Assembly (NCBI GenBank): GCA_963755715.1
Contig: CAVWLW010000025.1
Location: forward strand, 32,001-96,000
Source: an uncultured delta proteobacterium
Lineage (GTDB): Bacteria; Desulfobacterota; Binatia; UBA9968
Direction of reading: 5' to 3'
Length of the DNA: 64,000 nucleotides
Shown here: piece after piece, positions 50,520 to 61,867 of the stretch
Numbering within the stretch: the first letter of the stretch is position 1
Layout of the letters: each line of letters opens with the position of its first letter
Translations under genes and position numbers: made by a program
Notes under the pieces: model-generated
What the model was told of the DNA's origin: nothing
The model's database searches: none
Seen by the model: the letters and a program-made list of their open reading frames with translations, nothing else

Positions 50520-52728
50520 AGACGGCAAAATTAACGATCTGGTTGAAAAAGTCCAAGCTTATTATCCAGCCGCGGACGTCGATCTTCTGCGCAAAGCCTA
50601 CGAATTTTCCGCCAAAGTACATCAGGGTCAAAAACGGCTGTCGGGCGAGCCGTATCTCATTCATCCACTCGCGGTTGCCAGCATCATCGCGGACTTGAAG
50701 CTCGATGTACCCAGCGTCGTCAGCGGGCTGTTACACGATACCGTCGAAGATACCTTGACGACGTTGGATGAGCTCAAAGGCCTTTTCGGCCACGAGATTG
50801 GGGCGCTCGTCGACGGCGTCACGAAATTGGGTCGGGCCAATTTCAGCAGCCGCGAAGAAAAACAGGCTGAGAACTTCCGCAAGATGTTGCTGGCGATGGG
50901 GAAAGATGTCCGGGTGATTCTGATCAAGCTCGCCGACCGGGTGCACAACATGCGGACGCTCGATCACATGCCGCCGGAAAAACAAATTCTCACCGCGCAA
51001 GAAACTCTGGATATCTATGCGCCGTTGTCGCACCGGCTCGGTATCGCCTGGATCAAGAGCGAACTCGAAGACCTGTCACTTAAGTATTTGCACCCGGAGA
51101 TTTACTATCAGCTCAAGCGCAACGTCGCGAAGAAAAAAACCGACCGGGAAAAATATACCGAAGAAGTGATCTCGATCATTACCAAGAAGCTCGAAGCGGA
51201 AGGCATCGAAGCCGACGTATCGGGGCGGCCCAAACATTTCTACAGCATCTATCAGAAAATGGAGAGCCAGAATCTGCTTTACGATCAGATTTATGATTTA
51301 GTCGCTTTTCGCATTTTAGTCGATACCCAGCGCGAGTGTTACGAAGCGCTCGGCGTGGTGCATTCCCAATGGCGCCCGGTGCCCGGACGTTTCAAGGACT
51401 ATATCGCCTTGCCCAAGCTCAATATGTATCAATCGCTGCATACGAGCGTGATTGGACCTTACGGCGAGCGGATCGAGATTCAGATTCGCACCCATGAAAT
51501 GCATCGGGTTGCCGAGGAAGGTATCGCGGCCCACTGGCGCTACAAAGAAGGGGAAGAGTTTCAGGTCAGCGACATTCAAAGATTTGCCTGGCTCCGGCAG
51601 TTGCTCGAGTGGCAGGAAAATCTTCAAGACCCGCAAGAATTTTTGCATAGCTTAAAAGAAGATTTGTTCTCTACCTCGATGTACGTGTTTACGCCCAAAG
51701 GGGATCTTTTGAATTTCCCCAAAGGCTCTACTGTGATCGATTTTGCCTACCGGATTCATACCGAGGTGGGGCACCGTTGTTCGGGCGCGCGGGTCAACGG
51801 CCAGCTGGTGTCACTTAAATATATTCTGCGCAGCGGCGACACTGTGGAGATCATCACCACGCAGCAGCAGTCACCGACGCGCGACTGGCTCAAGTGGGTC
51901 AAGACGCCGCGGGCAAAGGCCAAGATCCGCAATTGGCTGAAAATGCAGCAGCGCGAACGCAGCGTGCTTTTAGGTCGCGAGATTTTCGACGGCGATTTGC
52001 ATCGCTACCAGTTGGATTATGCGACCCTGCAAAACGAGGGCAAAGTCGCCTGGCTTACCAAAGAGCTCGGGATGAAGGATGAGGAGACGTTGCTCTCGGC
52101 GATCGGCTACGGGCGCATCACGACGCGCCACGCGCTTGCTAAGCTGATGTCACCGGAAAAACTCGATGCCGGACCGAGAAAAGCTGATGGCGCGCTCGAA
52201 TCGTTGTTTCGTCTGGTATCGAAACAGAAGCGCGGTTTGGGCATTCACGTCAAAGGGGTCGACGATGATGTCTTAGTGCGCTTTGCCTTTTGCTGCCATC
52301 CTTTGCCGGGCGAGAATATCGTCGGTTTTATCACGCGCGGGCGCGGCGTGACGGTGCACACGGTCGGTTGTCCGACGGTTTTAGAGAGCGATCCGCACCG
52401 CAAAATCGATGTCAGTTGGGAGGAGGCCGATCAAGCGCCGCGACCGGTAAAAATCGAAGTCACCTGCGTCGATCAGCCCGGCTTGCTGGCGGCGATCAGC
52501 TCGGCGATCACCAGCGCCGAAGCCAATATCGCGCGCGCGCAAATAAGAACTTTTTCCAGTCACCGCGCCATCAACACGTTCGAGGTGATGATAAAAAATT
52601 CCGAGCACCTGCAGCGCGTACTGCAGAATATCTCGAAGGTTAAAGGAGTCTACAAAGCGGTTCGGGGTCGCGGCAGGACCGGCGCCAACGTGGAATTAGA
52701 TCGCGCCCAGAAAGAAGAACTGCACTGA
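50512..52728 (+). CDS. spoT: Bifunctional (p)ppGpp synthetase/hydrolase (RelA/SpoT)
   Basis: Intact HD motif (LLHDTVED), KLADRVHNMRT, YQSLHT, EIQIRT, and TGS and ACT domains. Confidence 0.95.
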   Translation: MGKDGKINDLVEKVQAYYPAADVDLLRKAYEFSAKVHQGQKRLSGEPYLIHPLAVASIIADLKLDVPSVVSGLLHDTVEDTLTTLDELKGLFGHEIGALVDGVTKLGRANFSSREEKQAENFRKMLLAMGKDVRVILIKLADRVHNMRTLDHMPPEKQILTAQETLDIYAPLSHRLGIAWIKSELEDLSLKYLHPEIYYQLKRNVAKKKTDREKYTEEVISIITKKLEAEGIEADVSGRPKHFYSIYQKMESQNLLYDQIYDLVAFRILVDTQRECYEALGVVHSQWRPVPGRFKDYIALPKLNMYQSLHTSVIGPYGERIEIQIRTHEMHRVAEEGIAAHWRYKEGEEFQVSDIQRFAWLRQLLEWQENLQDPQEFLHSLKEDLFSTSMYVFTPKGDLLNFPKGSTVIDFAYRIHTEVGHRCSGARVNGQLVSLKYILRSGDTVEIITTQQQSPTRDWLKWVKTPRAKAKIRNWLKMQQRERSVLLGREIFDGDLHRYQLDYATLQNEGKVAWLTKELGMKDEETLLSAIGYGRITTRHALAKLMSPEKLDAGPRKADGALESLFRLVSKQKRGLGIHVKGVDDDVLVRFAFCCHPLPGENIVGFITRGRGVTVHTVGCPTVLESDPHRKIDVSWEEADQAPRPVKIEVTCVDQPGLLAAISSAITSAEANIARAQIRTFSSHRAINTFEVMIKNSEHLQRVLQNISKVKGVYKAVRGRGRTGANVELDRAQKEELH

Positions 52729-52745
52729 ATCAGCGCGCCGGATGG

Positions 52746-52937
52746 CTAGGCGACTTTTTGCACGCGGCCCGAGTGAATGCAGTCGGTGCAAACCAGCGCG
52801 CGTTTGACTTGGCCGTCAAACTTGGCGCGCACGCGCTGCAAGTTTGGCCGCCAAGAACGTTTGCTTTTGTTGTTCGCGTGACTCACGCTATTGCCGACGG
52901 ATCGGCCCTTACCGCAAATTTTACAAATCCTCGCCAT
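52746..52937 (-). CDS. rpmB: 50S ribosomal protein L28 (Zn-ribbon form)
   Basis: [10 protein letters not shown]...[10 protein letters not shown]...PNLQ...CTDC. Confidence 0.96.
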   Translation of the reverse strand: MARICKICGKGRSVGNSVSHANNKSKRSWRPNLQRVRAKFDGQVKRALVCTDCIHSGRVQKVA

Positions 52938-52938
52938 C

Positions 52939-53412
52939 TTAAACTTTTATCCTTTCAATAATCTCCGTTGTCGAAAATCCTTCCAGGTAGGGAATCACCG
53001 CCACCCGCCCGCCGTGCCGCTCAACGATATCGGCGCCAATAATTTTGTCCGGGCTCCAGTCTCCGCCTTTGGCCAAAACGTTGGGCTTGATTGCAGCGAT
53101 CAAATTATACGGATCAGGCTCGTCGTAAACGACGACGTAGTCTACCATCTCCATCGCGGCGATCAACTCGACTCGATCGATCTCGGGCATAATGGGCCGG
53201 CTCGGTCCTTTTATGGCTTTCACCGATGAGTCGCTGTTCATTGCGACAATCAGCAAGTCTCCTTGCCCTTTCGCTTCTCGCAGCATGTGCACATGGCCGC
53301 GATGGAGCAGGTCGAAGCAGCCGTTTGTAAAAACCACGGTTTTGCCCTTTGCTCTGGCCTGGGCCGCGATCTCGCTGAGTTCGCCAACGCTTTTCAGCTT
53401 GTCGGACACCAC
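52939..53412 (-). CDS. rfaE2: Heptose-1-phosphate adenylyltransferase (HldE domain II)
   Basis: [25 protein letters not shown] and STTEII. Confidence 0.94.
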   Translation of the reverse strand: MVSDKLKSVGELSEIAAQARAKGKTVVFTNGCFDLLHRGHVHMLREAKGQGDLLIVAMNSDSSVKAIKGPSRPIMPEIDRVELIAAMEMVDYVVVYDEPDPYNLIAAIKPNVLAKGGDWSPDKIIGADIVERHGGRVAVIPYLEGFSTTEIIERIKV

Positions 53413-53557
53413 CTTTGGGTAACACGATAAGTCGCTGTTTTCAATTAAATTTCGCGAATTTCGCCGAACTTGACCGGGCTGGAAAATTTCGTTAAGGTCA
53501 GAAGCGCAATAAGCTTTATATTTTTTGAGTCTTTGCCAAATTAATTAGGAGGACCGA

Positions 53558-54997
53558 ATGGAATATCAGGATCTGCGAGACTGGATCCAAATCGCCGATG
53601 AGATGGGCGAGCTCAAGACCTTAAAGGGCTGCGACTGGAACCTGGAGATCGGTGCGATCACCGAGATCGTTGCCCATAAAGAAGACGGCCCGGCCGTGTT
53701 ATTCGAAGATATCAAGGGCTACCCCAAAGGCTATCGCGTACTATCCAACTCGCTTTCATCGCGCAAGCGATTGGCTCTTACGCTGGGGCTTCCTGCGGGC
53801 GAAACCAAAATGGATTTCGTCAAGATTTGGAAAGACAATTATAAGAGTATCAAACCGGTACCCGCAAAATTCGTCAAGAAAAGTGGACTTTTCGACAACG
53901 TGTATAAAGACGGCGACATCGACATGTTTAAGTTCCCGACGCCGCTCTGGCATGACAAAGACGGAGGCCGCTATATCGGTACGGGCAGTGTCGACATTAC
54001 GCGCGACCCCGACGAAGGTTGGGTTAATTACGGCACCTACCGGGTTATGATCCATGACAAAAATAAGCTTGGATTTTACATTTCACCTGGCAAGCACGGC
54101 CGCATCCAACGGGAAAAGTATGCTGCCAGCGGCAAGCCTTTCAAAATCGCGATGTCATTCGGTCACGATCCCTTAACTTTTTTGGCTGGCAGCATAGAAG
54201 TACCTTATGGTGTCCCGGAGTATGAATTCATCGGCGGGTTGCGCGGCGAACCGTTTGAGATGATCGAAGGCGAGTATTCCGGTTTGCCGATTCCGGCGAA
54301 CGCGGAGATCGTCATCGAAGGCGACGTGCATTTCGATAACCCGAAAGTCGAAGGTCCGTTCGGCGAGTGGACGGGCTATTATGCCAGCGCGGAGCGCGCG
54401 GAGCCGTGGGTCGAAGTGAAGCGCCTCTACCACCGCAACGATCCGATTATCCTCGGCTCACCTCCGGGCCGACCGCCGGCAGAGCTTGGCTGGTATCGAT
54501 CCTATCTGCGTTCCGCTTTGATTTGGGATGAGATGGAAAAGGCGGGTGTGCCAGACGTTAAAGGTGTCTGGCTCACGGTGTCCGGCGGCAGCCGTTTGAT
54601 GATGTGTGTCTCGATCAAACAGCGCTATCCGGGCCACGCCAAACAAGCGGCGATCATCGCTTCGCAGTGTCACGCCGGCGCCTATCTCGGGCGCTTCGTC
54701 GTGGTTGTCGACGATGATATCGATCCGTCCAATACGGACGATATGATCTGGGCCATGTCGAGCCGCTGTGAACCGGAGCAGGATATCGATATCTTGCGCC
54801 GCTGCTGGAGCGGACCGCTTGATCCGGTCATCCATCCGACGAAGAAGGGCTTCAATTCGCGCGCGATCATCGACGCGACTCGGCCCTACGAATGGATAAA
54901 AGACTTTCCACCCGTGGCCGAATCGAGCAAAGAAGTGCTCGATGCTACGGCTAAGAAATGGGGCGCGGAATTGTTCGGCACGAACGGCAAGAAGTAA
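53558..54997 (+). CDS. UbiD family (prFMN-dependent) decarboxylase, substrate unknown
   Basis: RBS AGGAGG. DGGRYIGT, NYGTYR, EGPFGEWTGYY and VVVVDDDID. Confidence 0.92.
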   Translation: MEYQDLRDWIQIADEMGELKTLKGCDWNLEIGAITEIVAHKEDGPAVLFEDIKGYPKGYRVLSNSLSSRKRLALTLGLPAGETKMDFVKIWKDNYKSIKPVPAKFVKKSGLFDNVYKDGDIDMFKFPTPLWHDKDGGRYIGTGSVDITRDPDEGWVNYGTYRVMIHDKNKLGFYISPGKHGRIQREKYAASGKPFKIAMSFGHDPLTFLAGSIEVPYGVPEYEFIGGLRGEPFEMIEGEYSGLPIPANAEIVIEGDVHFDNPKVEGPFGEWTGYYASAERAEPWVEVKRLYHRNDPIILGSPPGRPPAELGWYRSYLRSALIWDEMEKAGVPDVKGVWLTVSGGSRLMMCVSIKQRYPGHAKQAAIIASQCHAGAYLGRFVVVVDDDIDPSNTDDMIWAMSSRCEPEQDIDILRRCWSGPLDPVIHPTKKGFNSRAIIDATRPYEWIKDFPPVAESSKEVLDATAKKWGAELFGTNGKK

Positions 54998-55022
54998 CGG
55001 CGCCCTAACAACCGATTTATTA

Positions 55023-55814
55023 CTACGAAGGCAAGTCGATCACGACCGTGGTCGGCTTGCCTTTTTTTATGACTTCGAGCTTGATGCGAGCCGGCGATTT
55101 CATGTCTTGGATCAAAGCTTCAAGATCGTTAGCCGAGGTCAAGCTCTGCTCGTTGGCTTTGGTGATGATGTCGCCGCGCTGGATGCCTGCTTTCATCGCC
55201 ATGCCTCCCAGTAGTACATCGGCGACGACCACGCCTTTTTGTTGGCCACTTTCGAGAAGATTCGCCAGTTCCGGTGTCAAGTCCTGTACTTGGATGCCTA
55301 AGCGCGCCTCCGTCTGCTCGGCGCGGTCCGGTTGGACGGGCACGGCCTTGGCTTTGGCAAGCACCTGAGCTGAAACGAAAATCGGTGCTTTCACGCGTAG
55401 CGCGATGGCGATGGCGTCGCTTGGTCGGCTGTCGATCTGCAGTTCTTTTCCCTTGGACTCTACCGAAAGGAACGCGATGTAAGTATCATTGCGCAGTTCG
55501 GCGATCACAACCCGCCTCAGCTTCGCGTCCAGTTCCTGGAGAATATTGCCGATAAGATCGTGCGTCAGCGGGCGGGGAATTTTTATATTTTCAAGAGCGA
55601 TGGCGATCGCCCGCGCCTCGGGGCCGGCGATCCAAATCGGCAACAGTTTCTTGTCGGTTATCGTTTCAAGGATAACCACCGGGGACTGAGAATTGGGATC
55701 AACCACGAGAGTTTTGACTTTCGTTTCGACCAAGGGAGAATTTTGCGCGGCATGGAGGCGCTGCGAACCTAAGAAAGTTAGAAGGACGAGCACATACCAA
55801 CCCTTTGTTTTCAT
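55023..55814 (-). CDS. Signal peptide + bifunctional nuclease (DUF151) domain + HtrA-like PDZ domain
   Basis: RBS GAGGAGG before ATG 55814. LPIWI, RPLTHDL and IDSRPSDAIAIALR, followed by LGIQVQDLTPEL...AGIQRGDII. Confidence 0.87.
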   Translation of the reverse strand: MKTKGWYVLVLLTFLGSQRLHAAQNSPLVETKVKTLVVDPNSQSPVVILETITDKKLLPIWIAGPEARAIAIALENIKIPRPLTHDLIGNILQELDAKLRRVVIAELRNDTYIAFLSVESKGKELQIDSRPSDAIAIALRVKAPIFVSAQVLAKAKAVPVQPDRAEQTEARLGIQVQDLTPELANLLESGQQKGVVVADVLLGGMAMKAGIQRGDIITKANEQSLTSANDLEALIQDMKSPARIKLEVIKKGKPTTVVIDLPS

Positions 55815-55855
55815 TGGAACCTCCTCGCTCACACGCCCGTGTTGAGTCATTTTGA

Positions 55856-55926
55856 ATTATCCAGCACCGGCAAATCATGTCAATGGATCAACTTATCTTG
55901 ACCGACGCCGACGAGCTAAGTATGGT
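55856..55926. promoter_or_regulatory. Back-to-back sigma70 promoters for the DUF151-PDZ gene and mutL
   Basis: Minus strand TTGACA-N16-GATAAT (55883-55856). Plus strand TTGACC-N17-TATGGT (55898-55926). Confidence 0.6.
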
Positions 55927-55949
55927 CGACGGAGGAGTGAGGTTGCCTG

Positions 55950-57686
55950 GTGAAGATCCAAATTCTTTCCGATGAGATGGCCAGTCGGATCGCCGCCGGT
56001 GAAGTGGTCGAACGGCCGGCTTCGGCGGTCAAGGAGCTAATCGAAAATTCGCTCGACGCGAGTGCGACGGAAATCTTTATTTCAGTCGAAAAGAGCGGCA
56101 CTTCGTCGATCCGGGTGTCGGATAATGGCGAAGGCATGGCGCCCGAGGATCTGAATCTTGCCGTGGAGCGCCACGCGACGAGCAAGCTAAAAGTAGACGA
56201 AGATCTGTTTCGCATCGCGACCTTGGGATTTCGCGGCGAGGCTCTGCCGAGCATCGGCTCGGTGTCCAAGTTGCAAGTCGTTTCCCGTTCGCCGAACGCA
56301 CCGACTGCTCAGAAGCTGTGCGTCGAGGGCGGAAAGAAAGGTGAGATGCTTCCGACAGCGGCCGCGGTCGGGACTTCGATCGAGATCAAAGACATTTTTT
56401 TTAACACCCCGGCGCGCCGGAAGTTTCTCAAAGCGCCGGCGACGGAATTGAGCCATATCTGCGACGCGGTCAACCGCATGGCCTTGGCGTATCCGGGCGT
56501 GCATTTTCGTCTTGAGCACGATGGCCGCACGGTTGCCGACTATGTATCGGTCAACGACGGCCAAGACCGCTTGTATCAGGTTTTTGGCCGGGAGATTGCC
56601 AAGGGTTTAGCGGCCTTTGATTGGCGGCAAGGGGAGCTTGCAGCGCACGGATTTCTGAGCTCCGCGCCCCTATCCTTTCCCAACGCCCGTTATCTCTACA
56701 CTTTTGTCAATCGGCGCTACGTGCGCGACAAAGTGCTTACTCATGCGGTGCTCCAGGGCTATGAGACTTTGCTAATGAAGGGGCAGTATCCAGCGGTTGT
56801 GTTGTTTCTCAATGTGCCCTTCGGTGAAGTCGACGTCAACGTTCATCCAGCGAAATTTGAGGTTCGTTTTCGCCGCCAGTCCGATGTTCACGAAGCGGTT
56901 GCACGGGCGATTCGCCAGGCGCTCAGGCAAGAGGCGAAAGAGCCGGGACCGCGCAGTGGAGCGATCTCATCCAGTTCGTTTTCCGGGGTGCGCGAAGTGG
57001 CGTTACCCTACGGCTTGAGCGCGAGAACGGCGCCAGACAATCCGGCGCCAACTTACGGCAACGTTTTTACGCTACCACCGCGGGCCGCGGCTCAAGAGGG
57101 ATTTTATTCTTCGATGCGCGTGCTCGGGCAAATTCTCGGTTGCTATCTGGTCTGCGCCTCCTCGCAAGGGTTAGCGCTGATCGATCAGCATGCCGCGCAC
57201 GAAAGGGTCGCCTTCGAGAAGTTGCGCCGGCAGATGGATGCTGGAAAAGTTGCCATGCAAAACCTCCTGATCCCGCAGACGGTTCGGCTCAGTGCCGGCG
57301 AAATGATGCTGTTGGAGCAAAAACTCGATGTTCTCCGGCGCTTCGGTTTCGATCTGGAACCATTTGGCCCGGACGCCTATGCGATTCATAGCGTCCCCGC
57401 TTTGTTACCCGAGGGCGATTACAGTCAGGTGGTGCGTCAAATGGTCGCCGATCTTGCCGAAGTCGATACCTCGAGCAAACTGCGCGAGCATCTCGAAGAC
57501 CGTCTCGCGACGATCGCTTGTCACAGCGTGATCCGCGCCAATCGCATGCTCGAAATGGACGAGATGCGGGCTCTGCTCAGCGATTTGGATCAAATCGATT
57601 TCGCCACGCAGTGCCCGCACGGCCGACCGGTGCTGATCGAGATCAGCCGCGACGAACTGGAGCGAATGTTCAAGCGCGTGGTTTAG
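55950..57686 (+). CDS. mutL: DNA mismatch repair endonuclease MutL
   Basis: IAAGEVVERP, GFRGEAL, DQHAAHER endonuclease motif and CPHGRP. Confidence 0.97.
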   Translation: MKIQILSDEMASRIAAGEVVERPASAVKELIENSLDASATEIFISVEKSGTSSIRVSDNGEGMAPEDLNLAVERHATSKLKVDEDLFRIATLGFRGEALPSIGSVSKLQVVSRSPNAPTAQKLCVEGGKKGEMLPTAAAVGTSIEIKDIFFNTPARRKFLKAPATELSHICDAVNRMALAYPGVHFRLEHDGRTVADYVSVNDGQDRLYQVFGREIAKGLAAFDWRQGELAAHGFLSSAPLSFPNARYLYTFVNRRYVRDKVLTHAVLQGYETLLMKGQYPAVVLFLNVPFGEVDVNVHPAKFEVRFRRQSDVHEAVARAIRQALRQEAKEPGPRSGAISSSSFSGVREVALPYGLSARTAPDNPAPTYGNVFTLPPRAAAQEGFYSSMRVLGQILGCYLVCASSQGLALIDQHAAHERVAFEKLRRQMDAGKVAMQNLLIPQTVRLSAGEMMLLEQKLDVLRRFGFDLEPFGPDAYAIHSVPALLPEGDYSQVVRQMVADLAEVDTSSKLREHLEDRLATIACHSVIRANRMLEMDEMRALLSDLDQIDFATQCPHGRPVLIEISRDELERMFKRVV

Positions 57687-57768
57687 TTTCTAGCTACGTG
57701 AAGTCGCTGCATGCAGGGTTTCCGAGTTCCTATTAACCTTTGAAAAAAGATTTTCTCCACAAGATTCG

Positions 57769-58695
57769 ATGAAGCCCAAGCTGGTGATCGTGCTCGGACC
57801 GACGGCTGTGGGCAAATCCGAGGTTGCCTTACAGCTGGCGCAGAGCATCAACAGCGAGATCGTCAATGCCGATTCGCAGCAAGTATATCGTCACATGGAT
57901 ATCGGCACTGGCAAGCCGTCGATGGACGATCAACAGCGTGTGCGCCATCATTTGATCGATATCGTGGATCCCGATGAAGAATTTAACGCCGCATTTTATC
58001 GACAGCTTGCAACCGCGGCGATCGATGACATTCAAAAGCGCGGCAAAAACGCGCTGATCTGCGGTGGCACTGGGCTTTATCTCAAAGCATTGACCCACGG
58101 TCTGTTTACAGGCCCCGGTCAGGATCCGGACCTGCGCCGAAGGTTGGAGCAAGAGATCAACGAAAACGGTTTGGCGGCGGTGTATCAGCGTTTAGTCGAG
58201 ATCGATGCCAGCGTCTTGTCGTCGATCCATCCGAACGACCGCCAGCGTATCATTCGAGCCTTGGAAGTCTATCGCATCACCGGCAAGCCGATTAGCGCCT
58301 GGCAGAAAGAGCATGCGTTTCAAGAAGAGCCCTTCGAAGTGTTGAAGATCGGTTTGCTGCGCGAGCGCGCCGAGCTTTACGATTTGATCAATCGGCGCAG
58401 CGAGCAAATGCTGGAAGCGGGCTTACTGGATGAAGTCCGTGGCTTGATCTCGCGCGGTTATAGCCTGGAGCTAAAACAGTTGCGCAGTGTCGGCTACCGT
58501 CAAATAGGCGAAGTGTTGCAGGGCGCAAAAACCGTTGTTGAAGCGCTCGAGGAAATGAAACAGGAAACGCGACGGCTCGCCAAGCGCCAGCTTACCTGGT
58601 ATCGCGCCGACACGGACATTCATTGGTATCATCCGGAAAAACAACAAGGTGAGATTCTCAGCGCAGCGCGACGGTTTTTAGAGCGTTCGCTTTGA
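57769..58695 (+). CDS. miaA: tRNA dimethylallyltransferase
   Basis: GPTAVGKS, DSQQVY, GGTGLY and AKRQLTW. Confidence 0.96.
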   Translation: MKPKLVIVLGPTAVGKSEVALQLAQSINSEIVNADSQQVYRHMDIGTGKPSMDDQQRVRHHLIDIVDPDEEFNAAFYRQLATAAIDDIQKRGKNALICGGTGLYLKALTHGLFTGPGQDPDLRRRLEQEINENGLAAVYQRLVEIDASVLSSIHPNDRQRIIRALEVYRITGKPISAWQKEHAFQEEPFEVLKIGLLRERAELYDLINRRSEQMLEAGLLDEVRGLISRGYSLELKQLRSVGYRQIGEVLQGAKTVVEALEEMKQETRRLAKRQLTWYRADTDIHWYHPEKQQGEILSAARRFLERSL

Positions 58696-58705
58696 CGGGA
58701 AGACA

Positions 58706-58940
58706 ATGGAGTTTCTAGAAAGTAGTCATTCGCGCCGTCACACTCGTGATGCTTATGCTGCCGCTGTTCGCTGATTTTTCACCGCGGGCTTGCGGCGCAG
58801 ATTCGACATTCAACTGGAAAGCATCGAAAGCGGAGCCGTATCGCTCCTAAGTGTTACATCCAGAGCGATACGACTAATCCGCCGGCCAATGAAATTCGCG
58901 CGGCGGAGTTTCTCAAGGAAATTTTCGAAACCCAAGACCC
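58706..58940 (+). pseudogene. Truncated N-terminus of an exported M20/M25/M40 metallopeptidase
   Basis: Across shifting frames: a signal-like VVIRAVTLVMLMLPLFA, then FNWK, IESGAVSLLS and YIQSDTTNPPANEIRAAEFLKEIF. The sequence ends at the convergent cobW gene. Confidence 0.65.
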
Positions 58941-58949
58941 GAAACTCTC

Positions 58950-60206
<1,257 letters not shown>

Positions 60207-60311
60207 GCACTTGAAATCCTTCCGTGATTGTTTTCTAAAGGTAACAACGAGGCGGAAGCGAGTCAACTTTGCATTTTTTAGTCATTTCGCTTTAGAGGAA
60301 GGGGCTTGGTG

Positions 60312-61062
60312 ATGAAGCTCAAAGGGAAAGTCGCATTTATCACGGGATTCGGATCGGGATTGGGGCAAGCAATAGCGCGTCATGTTTGCCAAAGAGGGTG
60401 CGGCGGTGGCAGGAACATCGCCGACCGAAGCGAAAGGTCGCGAGACAGTTGCGATGGTCGAAAAGGTCGGCGGTAGGGCGCTCTATTGGCCGGGCGACGT
60501 TTCCCACTCGGCGCAAATGAAAACCATGATCGCTGAAACCGTCCGGCAATTGGGCGGTATCGACATCGTCGTCAACAGCGGCGGCGTGCGCACCAACGGC
60601 AGCATTACCGATATTTCCGAAGACGATTGGGACCGCACGCTCGACGTGAATTTGAAAGGCGCGTTTATCGTATCCCGGTTGGCGATCCCCGAGATGAAAA
60701 AACGCGGCGGCGGCGTGATTCTTCACATTGCGGCGCGCTCAGGGATGCTCGGTCAATCGGGACGAGCGGCATACTGCGCCTCGAAAGGCGGCATGGTTCG
60801 TTTGACCGAAGCGATGGCGATGGACCACGCCAAGGATAAAATCCGCGTCAATTGTATCTGTCCCGGGCCGACGCGGACGCCAATGGTGGATACATCGACC
60901 CCCGAAAAGCTAGCGCGCTACAAAACCAGAGTGCCGATCGGCCGCATCGGTGAGCCGGAAGACGTTGCATACGCGGCATTGTATCTCGCCTCGGACGAAG
61001 CCTCGATGGTCACGGCGGCAATTCTTCCCGTGGACGGCGGCATGCGGTTGACAGGGCCGTAG
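60312..61062 (+). CDS. SDR family oxidoreductase; +1 frameshift near 60378
   Basis: MKLKGKVAFITGFGSGLG from 60312 joins ORF 60382-61062 (YCASK, NCICPG). Confidence 0.92.
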
Positions 61063-61117
61063 AGATTGAAAGTTGCTTATTTGACAAATGGATTAGGTTA
61101 GTGATGTTTTTGAATTG

Positions 61118-61188
61118 ACCACGAAGGCCACGACGAGCACGAAGGATTAGCCCGATGACATCTTCGTGTCCTTCGCGCGCTTCGTGGT
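61118..61188. repeat. Palindromic intergenic element with 3 x 9 bp arms
   Basis: ACCACGAAG GCCACGACG AGCACGAAG, a 17 nt loop, then CTTCGTGTC CTTCGCGCG CTTCGTGGT. Confidence 0.85.
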
Positions 61189-61209
61189 GATCCAAGCAGG
61201 GATGGAGAG

Positions 61210-61846
61210 ATGCTCGACGTACGGCCGATAGGGATCGAAGATTATACGGAGCGCTACAGCAAGCCGTTATCCGAATTGCACGACAAACTATGGGTGGAGA
61301 CCTATGCGAAAACGCACAGTCCTGGCATGATGGTGGGACCGGTCGAAGGGCAATTCTTGAAAATGTTGGCCACCTTGACCGGGGCGCGGCGCATCCTCGA
61401 GATCGGCATGTTCACCGGTTACAGCACGCTGGCATGGGCCGAGGCATTGCCGAAGGACGGCCGCATCGTTACCTGCGAGATCAATCCCGAAACGACTGAA
61501 ATCGCCAAGCGCTACTTTGCCGAGAGCCCGCACGGCCACAAGATAGAAATAAGACTTGGTCCGGCGCTCGATTCGCTGAAACTGATGCACGGCATTTTCG
61601 ACCTCTGCTTCATCGACGCCGACAAAGAAAACTACGGCGCCTATTATGATCGTTGCATGGAGCTGGTTCGTCCGCGCGGCCTAATCATTTTGGACAATAT
61701 GCTGCGCGGCGGGAGAGTCCTCGATCCGCAAGACAGACCGAGCCAAGCCGTCGACGCACTCAACAAACGCATCCGCAACGATCCCGCGGGTGGAGAACGT
61801 GCTGTTGCCGGTCAGGGATGGAATCATGTTGGTGCGGAAGTTGTGA
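61210..61846 (+). CDS. O-methyltransferase (CCoAOMT-like); +1 frameshift near 61784
   Basis: LEIGMFTGYS, FIDADK and LDNML. The corrected end is DPRVENVLLPVRDGIMLVRKL*. Confidence 0.92.
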
Positions 61847-61867
61847 GCCTTCGTCGATCGGTAAGCA

